A stretch of DNA of 27,692 bases from Candidatus Hydrogenedentota bacterium (GTDB lineage: Bacteria > Hydrogenedentota > Hydrogenedentia > Hydrogenedentales > GCA-2746185), in the NCBI GenBank assembly GCA_046583315.1, contig JAYGCN010000096.1, positions 1-27,692 on the forward strand. The letters run 5' to 3'. The notes below the pieces were generated by a model. The model was not told the origin of the DNA. It was given only the letters and a program-made list of their open reading frames with translations, and made no database searches. Shown piece by piece: positions 20,165-27,692 of this stretch (positions are counted from its first letter, which is position 1; every line of letters starts with the position of its first letter). Both the position numbers and the translations under genes were made by a program.

Positions 20165-22420
20165 TTAAAAGAGCATTCCGTCGTCTTGCGTTCCCGTATC
20201 GCCCGGTGCTGCCCCTGATATCTGCTGAATCGCTTGCGTGATATCGGATAGAGACACTTTTTGTTTTGTCAACAGCTCGCGCGCGCGTTCCATTTCGGTT
20301 TCGATGGATTGCACGATGCGTTGTTTGTCTTTAACATGCTGCCGACTTTCTTCGAGGCGCAGGCGTGAATCGTCTTCGAGTTTTTTGAGTTCTTCGGATT
20401 CGGTATGGCACTGAATCTCAGTTTGTTTGGCCTCTTCAAGCGTCTGTACCGTCGCTGAGAGTTTTTCGACTTCTTCATCGCGCCGGGCTTGCAGGTCCTG
20501 AATTTGTTGATTCAGATCAGCGACACCGGCTTCGAGTTCCTCCAAATCTTCCGCTACCCGACTGACTTCCTGCTGGGAATCGGTATGTCCCACGCGACTT
20601 TCAACGGCCATAGTCTCGGCGTCGCGAACGGATTCTTCGCAGGACTTGACGCTCTTTCGGGCTTCCTGAGTACCTTGCACGCTTTCGGCATGTTTAATCT
20701 CAGATGCGCGCAGGGTTTCCTCGGCGCGTTGAACTTCGGTTTTAGCAATTTCTGCTGCGGCACGCAGTGCGAAAGTCTTCGCGGCGTCGCCGTTTCCTTT
20801 CCGGGCGGCATCCTGTGCAGCTTGCAACAGGGATTGCGAGGCCGCCGCGTGATCGATTTCTTCGTCAATGGCCTGCAGATCCGATTCGGTCGCTTCGTTG
20901 ATTTCAACTGTTTCGGCGGGTAGATCTTCCTGTTTCGCTGCCGTGGCTTCCGCCTTTGGCTCGAACAGCAGAATAGTCGGCGCTGTATTCTTCTCGGCAA
21001 CGTCATCTGCGGCTTCTGGCTCTAAGGGCGACTCTATCGCTGCCATGTTCTTAAGCCAATTCTCGCATTCGCGCTGCCAGGCATTAACATTTTCGCTATC
21101 GGGATCGCTAAGGGCTTCAATAAAAATTCCACAAAATGCATACGCAATTTCGATGAATTGCCCGTCGTTTTCAGATTTTCCCGCGCGTACTGTGGCTAAA
21201 GCATTCATCATGAGTTCGCTCATGGCTTCAGCTCTACGCGTGTCCATGAGTTTGGCTTCGTGGGCCAGTGCTTCCAGGCCACCGGAGAGAACACGGATAT
21301 GCTCTGTGCGCAGGTCTTCATCGGCCTGCTCAATCTGACCAATCACGTCGCAGATTCGATCAATGATGTCCACCACGATACGCGGAGGGTCATAGACTTC
21401 TTCGACAGCCACTATTTCTTCATCGTTCACTTCATCTACTTCGATTGCGGACGGGGATTCCAGTTCCCCAAGGTCTTCCAAGGCATCATCCATCACATCG
21501 GTCAAGGCACTCAATGTATCACTTGCTGTCGTGTCTGAATGTGGTGATTCATCGCGCGCCGCTTCCGGGATATCATCGGGCAGCGGTTCCAAATGGGGCA
21601 TCTCAAACGACGCAAAGGAGGCGTTGTCTTGCGCGATGTCGGAATGGTCGATCACTTCCGAGGCTTCCGATGTTTCATTCAGGGCCCCGAGCGGGGGCAA
21701 GGGGTCAAGTGCTGGAAGTGGTTCCGGTTCACTATCGTCGGTGACCAACTCGACTTCTGCTACGGTCGATGTGGTGAAGTCTTCAAACAATGCTTCGTCT
21801 TGTTCTGCCGCACTTTCTTCGCCGACGTCGTCTACCGCCTCAACGGCAATGACCTCTGTTTCGATCGGTTTCGGTTGTTCGTCGGCGGTATCGGCGGCAT
21901 CGTCGAAGAGGGTTAGCCCCCGTTCTGATAAGACATCTATCGCGGCCACGTGAATGGAAGACCATAGCCCCATCGTTTCACGCAGTTCTTTTTCGATTAC
22001 GATGTCGCCGACCAGTTGGCAGAGAATTTCGTAGGCGTGTTGCAGAAACTCAACCGCTTGTTCAGGACACTGAGCGTTTTCGTAGGTATGCAGGACGCGT
22101 GCCGTGTCGGACAAGACGGATGTCAATTCGGACCAGCCTTGCTCAACGGCGATTTCGGTGCACATGATCAATTGATTCATGCAGGCATCGGACCAGAGTG
22201 CTTTTTCAGGATCGGAGCATTCGCGCGAAAAATGACCCAGATGAATCATAACTTCCTGGGTCGCGGCATCTCGATCATCATCCAGCACCTCAACGGCCGG
22301 TGCGGAAGAACCTTCTACCGATAATTCGATTACATTGGTTTCGCTGGGCTTACTCGATTCCTTGCGTGTCCAAATGGGATCACGGCTACGGCCTTTGCCC
22401 CCCCGCCTTCCAAATCTCAT
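20165..22420 (-). CDS. Hypothetical acidic protein with two helical-bundle segments, disordered linkers and a long C-terminal coiled coil
   Basis: 751-aa ORF with TAAGGAGA SD; very rich in E/D/A; heptad-like pattern over about aa 555-735. Confidence 0.85.
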   Translation of the reverse strand: MRFGRRGGKGRSRDPIWTRKESSKPSETNVIELSVEGSSAPAVEVLDDDRDAATQEVMIHLGHFSRECSDPEKALWSDACMNQLIMCTEIAVEQGWSELTSVLSDTARVLHTYENAQCPEQAVEFLQHAYEILCQLVGDIVIEKELRETMGLWSSIHVAAIDVLSERGLTLFDDAADTADEQPKPIETEVIAVEAVDDVGEESAAEQDEALFEDFTTSTVAEVELVTDDSEPEPLPALDPLPPLGALNETSEASEVIDHSDIAQDNASFASFEMPHLEPLPDDIPEAARDESPHSDTTASDTLSALTDVMDDALEDLGELESPSAIEVDEVNDEEIVAVEEVYDPPRIVVDIIDRICDVIGQIEQADEDLRTEHIRVLSGGLEALAHEAKLMDTRRAEAMSELMMNALATVRAGKSENDGQFIEIAYAFCGIFIEALSDPDSENVNAWQRECENWLKNMAAIESPLEPEAADDVAEKNTAPTILLFEPKAEATAAKQEDLPAETVEINEATESDLQAIDEEIDHAAASQSLLQAAQDAARKGNGDAAKTFALRAAAEIAKTEVQRAEETLRASEIKHAESVQGTQEARKSVKSCEESVRDAETMAVESRVGHTDSQQEVSRVAEDLEELEAGVADLNQQIQDLQARRDEEVEKLSATVQTLEEAKQTEIQCHTESEELKKLEDDSRLRLEESRQHVKDKQRIVQSIETEMERARELLTKQKVSLSDITQAIQQISGAAPGDTGTQDDGMLF

Positions 22421-22549
22421 CGTTTGTCTCCTTAAAACGATTCGACAGGGCCATGCAACAGCACGTCCCCCGTACTATCCCCTGTCAAGTTGCGTAGTAT
22501 ATCCAAAACTGCTACTCAAAGCGAACATGTAATCTATTCAGTACCTGTG

Positions 22550-24295
22550 TTAATCGGCCAGCGCGACGCTTGAGGTCGGTTTCCCGCCGTAGAATCGTTT
22601 CAGGGCTGCAACATAAGCCTTGGCGAATTCCTGGCGCCACCAGGGATCGGCCAGGCGCGCCCGGTCCGTCACGTTTTGCAGATTAGCAGTTTCAATCAAA
22701 ATTTTGGTCGGCACTTTGGTATTGCGCAATACGGCGGGCACATACTTGCTCGTCCGTGAACGCTGAATCTTGTTTCGGATCGCACTTCCGCCGGCATAGC
22801 GTTTGATTCGTTTTTTCCCGAGTTCTTCCATCACGACGTTCGCGAAATTACGGGATAGTGCTTCATCGGTCCGACGCTCTGAGGCCGTGGATGCAAAGGC
22901 GTAGTGCGTTCTGCCCTCTTCGTAACCACGATAAATTTTTCCGGGTTGTTGTTCTTGACTGCGGTACTGGGCTCCGGGAATGTAAATCATGGTGCCGCGG
23001 TGAGAACCGTTTCCGATTGAGTCCGTGTGAATACTCGTGAATAAGATGTTGCGCGCAGGAACGCCGCGTTTGCGCTCGGCATCGTATAGTTTGTTTATCA
23101 ACATCCAGCGAAGATTCGCCGACACCTTGGAGCTCACGTCGTTGCGATGGCGCGGATGCGTCAATAGTTCCTCGTCCAGATCGTGAGAAAACCTGTTCCG
23201 GTCAGATGCAGCAAGGCCCGCGCTTCGGTCAATCATGGTCAGATGGACTTTAGCGGAAGTCTCGCTTTCCAGAATTTTCTTGATGCGCATTACGATGTCG
23301 TAGTTAATTTCGTCTTCGTAGAGGCCGCTACCGGGATAGTACGCGCCGTAATCTTTCCCGCCATGTCCGGGATCGAGAATGACGACGATGCCAGAGAGAT
23401 CTTTCGAAGCCACCACGATGTTCTGGAGGCGTTTGGATTCCTTGATGGAGTCCTCGTATGCGACTCGGGCCTTGGTCCCTGTTGGCTGATACTGATCGGA
23501 GAGCATGTTCACAGGAATGTAAATGGATTGACCGGCATCGATATCCCGCATGTCACGGATGCCACTTCTGGCCGCCACCTCCTTGCAAGCCTGAAGCACG
23601 TCAGCATTTTCCGCATAATCGGTGAAGCGCATAACAACGCTTGAATACAGCGACTCGCCACGCTTCAGTCGATAGACGGCAACGGTGCCTTTTTTGTCGT
23701 TGCGATACAAGAGCGAATCATTGAGCCCCGCCAATTCGGGCGTGGGTTCAACGATGACACGCAGCGTTGGTGCTCGCATGACCTTGGTGAGAAACTTCAC
23801 GGGAATACGAATTTTCTGACCGCGTCGAAGCGTAGCCGTGAGTTGATCACCACTTAGCGGAACCGCGTATTTTCGGTTGGCCCCGTTATTGGTCGTCCAG
23901 TGGGACAGATTCCAGAGAGTTTCGCCGTCGAAGATGGCCGTGTGGGTCCAACCGTTTCCGTCAATTACATCGTCGGAGAAAATAGTGAGTAGCGCTTTGC
24001 GACGATATTCGGGTCTTAGCTGGTCGAAGGGAACAAAACAGTTGAGACGATTTTTGTATTTTACCCACTCGTCGGGATTGGCGAGATATTTCGCGAGGAT
24101 GCGCTTTGCACCGTTTCCGCCGGGCAGATGAACTTCCAGGCCCAGATTGCCGCCGTCCTTGCTGAGAGCCAGCACGCCGGGCTCGATTTCGCGTCGCTTG
24201 ACCACGCCAGCATACGTGGATTGTACGCAGATGACGGCGATGATCCCCAGGCTAATGAACGCTCGCGATTTATTCACGGATTCCCTGACCCCCAA
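22550..24295 (-). CDS. N-acetylmuramoyl-L-alanine amidase (Amidase_3) with LysM-like segments and an N-terminal signal/anchor
   Basis: ILDPGHGG, LYEDEIN, SIHTDS, LIETAN (Zn ligands and catalytic Glu present); LysM-like GETLWNL...GQKIRIP and YRLKRGESLY...GQSIYIP; start codon (TTG) uncertain. Confidence 0.9.
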   Translation of the reverse strand: MGVRESVNKSRAFISLGIIAVICVQSTYAGVVKRREIEPGVLALSKDGGNLGLEVHLPGGNGAKRILAKYLANPDEWVKYKNRLNCFVPFDQLRPEYRRKALLTIFSDDVIDGNGWTHTAIFDGETLWNLSHWTTNNGANRKYAVPLSGDQLTATLRRGQKIRIPVKFLTKVMRAPTLRVIVEPTPELAGLNDSLLYRNDKKGTVAVYRLKRGESLYSSVVMRFTDYAENADVLQACKEVAARSGIRDMRDIDAGQSIYIPVNMLSDQYQPTGTKARVAYEDSIKESKRLQNIVVASKDLSGIVVILDPGHGGKDYGAYYPGSGLYEDEINYDIVMRIKKILESETSAKVHLTMIDRSAGLAASDRNRFSHDLDEELLTHPRHRNDVSSKVSANLRWMLINKLYDAERKRGVPARNILFTSIHTDSIGNGSHRGTMIYIPGAQYRSQEQQPGKIYRGYEEGRTHYAFASTASERRTDEALSRNFANVVMEELGKKRIKRYAGGSAIRNKIQRSRTSKYVPAVLRNTKVPTKILIETANLQNVTDRARLADPWWRQEFAKAYVAALKRFYGGKPTSSVALAD

Positions 24296-24344
24296 TATGG
24301 TGTTAACAAAAAATGGTAAAAATCAGTATCTGAAGACTATGACA

Positions 24345-24391
24345 TCACAATTTGTAGGCTTGTATATTCCAGAGACTACAATATATTGTAT
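24345..24391. promoter_or_regulatory. Tandem palindromic operators resembling NrdR boxes
   Basis: tcaCAATTTGTAGgct (24345-24360) and ctaCAATATATTGtat (24376-24391), offset by 31 bp; NrdR consensus acaCwAtATaTwGtgt. Confidence 0.55.
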
Positions 24392-24408
24392 ATAAGTAAA
24401 AAAATCAA
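24380..24408 (-). promoter_or_regulatory. Putative sigma70 promoter for the amidase gene
   Basis: Minus strand TTGATT, 17 bp, TATATT (alternative register TTTACT, 17 bp, TACAAT); AT-rich context raises the chance of a random match. Confidence 0.4.
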
Positions 24409-24419
24409 GTAAAAAATAC
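24394..24419 (+). repeat. Two tandem AT-rich 13-mers
   Basis: AAGTAAAAAAATC / AAGTAAAAAATAC. Confidence 0.6.
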
Positions 24420-24477
24420 TATTTCATTATCAATCTAACCTATTGAACATACAATACTTACATAATTTAGACGTGCT

Positions 24478-24497
24478 TGTGGATAAAATGGGGATGA
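24478..24497 (-). promoter_or_regulatory. Tandem DnaA boxes
   Basis: Perfect TTATCCACA (24478-24486, minus strand) and TCATCCCCA (24489-24497, 2 mismatches), same orientation, 2 nt apart. Confidence 0.65.
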
Positions 24498-24533
24498 ATC
24501 GGAATAGATAATAAACCCATATATAGGGCTTTA

Positions 24534-25325
24534 TCAGCCGATTGTGATGAAAAATCCGAGGATTCCATCCCGAAAATGTTCTTTTCGGATGTCCAGATAA
24601 TGGTATTTCCGGACCTCATAGATGCGGCCGACCAAATCTTCGTCACAATAGATCCCGCTCCCGCGAAATTCGTAGGTCTGCGGGCTGTCCCCCATACATT
24701 CGATGTCCACGTGCGCAGGCCCGAAATTGGAGCGACGGCGCACGCGGGCCACCAGAGTCCCGTCCACTTCGACCTCGATTTGGCGCGGACTGCCTGTTTC
24801 GAAGGAGAAACTGAGCAAGTGGGTATCTAGTTCGGCATCAAACACGGGTTTGTCTTCGTGGTCGGTGACGGAAACAGATTTCCCCTCTTCTCCGAGCGCG
24901 GCAGTGTATAGCATCTGGCCTTTGTTGTTGGTGACGATCATTTTCGAATCGCCAGAGCGTACGGGATAGCGTAGCAGAATATGGTCGGCAAATGGATTGG
25001 GGATCTCGTCGAACTGGGAATCGGCGTCGGGCATGGATTTCGCCACGGCTGTGGCACTTCGTTCGCGCAATTCGTGGACAAAGCCTCTGAACAAGAAAGT
25101 AACAACGCCGACGACGACGCACAGTGCCAGCGCGACGGTACCTCCTTGGGTCCATTGCTGCTGTTCAGTGGATATGCCGTAGGCGATTACAATGATGGTT
25201 TGGAAAATGACAAACAGGTATAGAACGAGTACGCCCACGGGCACGGGATGGGTCACGCGCGGAATGGTGTAGTAATAAATCGCGCGTTCGTATTCGCTGA
25301 GATGTTCTTTTGCGTCGTCCGCCAT
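24534..25325 (-). CDS. Membrane protein with two TM helices and a possible LURP-one/scramblase (tubby C-terminal-like) domain
   Basis: Two hydrophobic segments, then repeated beta-hairpin motifs (VTNNKGQMLY, VTDHEDKPVF, VDGTLVARV) and a terminal hydrophobic helix; ATG 25325 preferred over TTG 25340. Confidence 0.65.
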   Translation of the reverse strand: MADDAKEHLSEYERAIYYYTIPRVTHPVPVGVLVLYLFVIFQTIIVIAYGISTEQQQWTQGGTVALALCVVVGVVTFLFRGFVHELRERSATAVAKSMPDADSQFDEIPNPFADHILLRYPVRSGDSKMIVTNNKGQMLYTAALGEEGKSVSVTDHEDKPVFDAELDTHLLSFSFETGSPRQIEVEVDGTLVARVRRRSNFGPAHVDIECMGDSPQTYEFRGSGIYCDEDLVGRIYEVRKYHYLDIRKEHFRDGILGFFITIG

Positions 25326-25408
25326 CTGAGAGTTTCCCAAATCATTATAGGATGGTTATCCTATGCTGAATTTACAGCCTACGTCAAGATTTTAGGATTC
25401 AGTGACTA

Positions 25409-25461
25409 TTTACGGCTGTCCGTTGTATTCATTATAATGATCCATAGTCTCACATGGAGGA
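25409..25461 (+). promoter_or_regulatory. Putative promoter and RBS for the FG-GAP gene
   Basis: TTTACG, 18 bp, TATAAT (25433-25438); GGAGGA just upstream of ATG 25468. Confidence 0.5.
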
Positions 25462-25467
25462 ATTAGC

Positions 25468-27387
25468 ATGCGTACGATGTTCACGGTAATATTTGCGTCC
25501 ATAGTCATGTCCGCTTTGCAAGCAGTTACGGAACCGATACCAGACTCCAACCTGGAGCGTGTCCGATACAACAATCCTGGACTTACCGTGGATCTGGGGG
25601 TCGGGCTGTGGGCGCAGCCGATGCCGGTGGATTATGACAATGACGGGGATGTGGATCTGTTGGTTGCTACGGCGGATGTGCCGTCGAATGGCATCTATTT
25701 TTTTGAGAACCCTGGCGGGGATTCAGAATGGCCTGTGTTTAAGCCTGGCGTTCGAATATCGGGAGCATCGCATAATACTACGATTTCCTATTCGGAGAGC
25801 GGTTATCGAATGACGATTAACGGAGAGTTTCCAGAATATACGGATGACCTCGTGACGCTGGGCGGACGAATTAATTACATGGGCCCACGGCCGCGGGATA
25901 CACGTACAAGGCAGTGGAAGTTTACGGACTTTGATGGAGACGGAGTAACGGATCTCTATTTGGGTGTCGGCGATTGGACGGAGTACGGGTGGGATGATGC
26001 GTATGACAGCGAAGGTGTCTGGCAGCAGGGTCCCCTGCATGGGCATATTTATGTGATACGCAATGAAGGCAGTGATGATGCACCAAAGTATGCTACGGCG
26101 ATAAAACTTCGTGCGGGCGGACAGGTGATTGATGTCTACGGTTGCCCGTCCCCGAATTTTGTGGACATGGACGATGATGGCGATCTGGATTTGATCGCAG
26201 GAGAATTTCTGGATCGCATTTCGTATTTTGAGAATGTCGGTACGCGCGAAAAACCTCTCTATCGCAAGGGAAGATTCCTGACGCACAAGAGGGAAATCAT
26301 TCATCAGGATTTGCAGATGCTTCAGGTCGTCGTGTTTGACTGGAATAAAGATGGCAAGCCGGACATCGTCGTTGGCAAGGAGGACGGCCGGGTTGCGTTG
26401 ATGCTCAACACGGGTAAGTTTTCCAATGGTGTGCCGCAATTCACGTTACCGCGTTACCTTCAACAAGAGGCGGAGTACGTCAAAATTGGCGCGCTGTGTA
26501 CACCGTTTTCGGTGGATTGGGACGGGGATGGCGACGAAGACCTAATTTCGGGCGATACTGCGGGCTACATCAATTTTGTGGAGAACCTGGATGGAGGCAA
26601 TCCCCCGCGCTGGGCCAAACCCGTGTATCTTGAGGCCGACGGCGAGACGATTCGTATTCAAGCGGGGGTGAACGGGTCGATTCAGGGACCAGCCGAAGCG
26701 AAATGGGGTTACACGACGCTGAATGTAGCCGATTGGGATCATGACGGGCTGTTGGACATCGTTATCAATTCGATATGGGGCAAGGTGCAATGGTTTCGTA
26801 ATGTCGGTACCCAGAAGAAACCCGTTCTTGAATCTGCCCGACCGATCGAGGTGGAATGGGACGGGCCTACACCGAAGCCGTCTTGGAACTGGTGGTCGCC
26901 CGAGGGCAAAGAACTGGTGACGCAATGGCGCACGACGCCGGTGGTGCACGACTTGAACAAGGACGGGTTAAAGGATCTCGTCATGCTGGATCATGAAGGC
27001 TTTTTGGCGTTCTATGAGCGACGCAAGGACGGCGAGACTTTATCCCTGCTTCCACCGGAACGCATCTTTCTGAATGATGATCGGACACCCCTTCGTTTGA
27101 ATAATCGCGATGCTGGAAAGAGTGGTCGGCGTAAGTGGGCGTTTACGGATTGGGACGGCGACAGTCGACTCGACATTCTCATCAACGGCACGAATATAAC
27201 CTTTCTTCGGAACGTGGGGACCGACAATGAAAATTATATTTTTCGGTCGAAAGGCAATGTAGACGAACATAAATTAGCGGGACATACGACCTCCCCCACG
27301 ACTGTGGATTGGGACGGAGACGGTGATCGGGATTTGTTGATTGGTGCAGAGGATGGATTTCTGTATTATCTGAAAAATCCGCATTAG
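25468..27387 (+). CDS. Secreted FG-GAP/VCBS repeat beta-propeller protein
   Basis: Signal peptide; about nine D-[WYFML]-[DN]-x-DG-x-x-D-[LI] Ca-binding loops (DYDNDGDVDL, DFDGDGVTDL, DWNKDGKPDI, DWDGDGDEDL and others). Confidence 0.92.
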   Translation: MRTMFTVIFASIVMSALQAVTEPIPDSNLERVRYNNPGLTVDLGVGLWAQPMPVDYDNDGDVDLLVATADVPSNGIYFFENPGGDSEWPVFKPGVRISGASHNTTISYSESGYRMTINGEFPEYTDDLVTLGGRINYMGPRPRDTRTRQWKFTDFDGDGVTDLYLGVGDWTEYGWDDAYDSEGVWQQGPLHGHIYVIRNEGSDDAPKYATAIKLRAGGQVIDVYGCPSPNFVDMDDDGDLDLIAGEFLDRISYFENVGTREKPLYRKGRFLTHKREIIHQDLQMLQVVVFDWNKDGKPDIVVGKEDGRVALMLNTGKFSNGVPQFTLPRYLQQEAEYVKIGALCTPFSVDWDGDGDEDLISGDTAGYINFVENLDGGNPPRWAKPVYLEADGETIRIQAGVNGSIQGPAEAKWGYTTLNVADWDHDGLLDIVINSIWGKVQWFRNVGTQKKPVLESARPIEVEWDGPTPKPSWNWWSPEGKELVTQWRTTPVVHDLNKDGLKDLVMLDHEGFLAFYERRKDGETLSLLPPERIFLNDDRTPLRLNNRDAGKSGRRKWAFTDWDGDSRLDILINGTNITFLRNVGTDNENYIFRSKGNVDEHKLAGHTTSPTTVDWDGDGDRDLLIGAEDGFLYYLKNPH

Positions 27388-27411
27388 GGCTCTTCGCTCG
27401 CCACGGGCACA

Positions 27412-27441
27412 TTGCATTAAATCCATTGAAGCCATTATAAT
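27412..27441 (+). promoter_or_regulatory. Putative sigma70 promoter for aroF
   Basis: TTGCAT, 18-bp spacer, TATAAT. Confidence 0.6.
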
Positions 27442-27524
27442 GCGCATAAATCCCCTCGGAAGTATATGCGCACATTTGGGGCGCATTCTGAGGAAGGGTT
27501 GCACACCGGAAAGGCACTCGTATC

Positions 27525-27692
27525 ATGGTTATCGTGATGGCTTCGCGCCGTAAAGAAGATATCGACAATGTGGTATCCAAAGTTGAAGAAATGGGTTATA
27601 AGGCCCATCTTATTGAAGGGGTCGAGCGCACCGTGATCGCTGCGGTGGGCGATGAACGGGAGAAATACCGCCTCCAGGCACTGGAATCACTA
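27525..27692 (+). CDS. aroF: Type I-beta DAHP synthase, N-terminal regulatory domain (3'-truncated; not in the ORF track)
   Basis: Hand translation MVIVMASRRKEDIDNVVSKVEEMGYKAHLIEGVERTVIAAVGDEREKYRLQALESL fits the ferredoxin/ACT-like N-terminus of Thermotoga-type DAHP synthases; GAAAGG upstream. Confidence 0.85.
   Translation, partial: MVIVMASRRKEDIDNVVSKVEEMGYKAHLIEGVERTVIAAVGDEREKYRLQALESL

Noticed and set aside
22460..22488. Perfect TTGACA on the minus strand upstream of the 751-aa gene
   Set aside because: No credible -10 at 16-18 bp spacing
24450..24470. Possible DnaA-trio run or IHF site beside the DnaA boxes
   Set aside because: Only the first trinucleotide fits the trio pattern, and the IHF consensus WATCAANNNNTTR is poorly matched
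25723..26439. 238-aa minus-strand ORF
   Set aside because: Antisense shadow of the FG-GAP gene
25600..27340. Recurring GA[CT]TGGGAC/GACGG motifs
   Set aside because: Explained by FG-GAP protein repeats; not CRISPR or DNA-level repeats
27466..27537. Short ORF MRTFGAHSEEGLHTGKALVSWLS overlapping the aroF start, considered as an attenuator peptide
   Set aside because: No run of aromatic codons and no terminator before aroF

Overview
Gene-dense bacterial chromosomal window (roughly mid-50s % GC by eye). I saw no rRNA, tRNA, CRISPR array, transposase or prophage gene. Left part: the 3' end of an exosortase-associated-type gene, then recF-dciA-gyrB-gyrA without the usual upstream dnaA-dnaN, followed by a MATE transporter and a MoxR AAA+/vWA pair on the minus strand. 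Middle: a secreted GH3/NagZ-fold protein with a PKD domain that has lost its recognisable catalytic motifs, mutY with a near-intact Nudix box, an FKBP PPIase, a DUF1499 membrane protein and an atypical FapA/DUF342-like beta-solenoid protein. Right part: a minus-strand run of LysM/Amidase_3 amidase, a 751-aa acidic coiled-coil protein, a divergent ftsA with no ftsQ or ftsZ next to it, and a HAL2-type PAP phosphatase. Upstream of that run is a ~240-bp AT-rich intergenic island (about 28% GC by hand count) with tandem DnaA boxes, a 13-bp AT repeat and a 31-bp-spaced pair of NrdR-like boxes. The window ends with a LURP-one/scramblase-like membrane protein, an FG-GAP repeat protein and the start of aroF. 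The best candidate for an undescribed system is the amidase/coiled-coil/orphan FtsA module with its DnaA/NrdR-like upstream region, which may also be oriC. All family calls come from reading motifs by eye, not from database searches.
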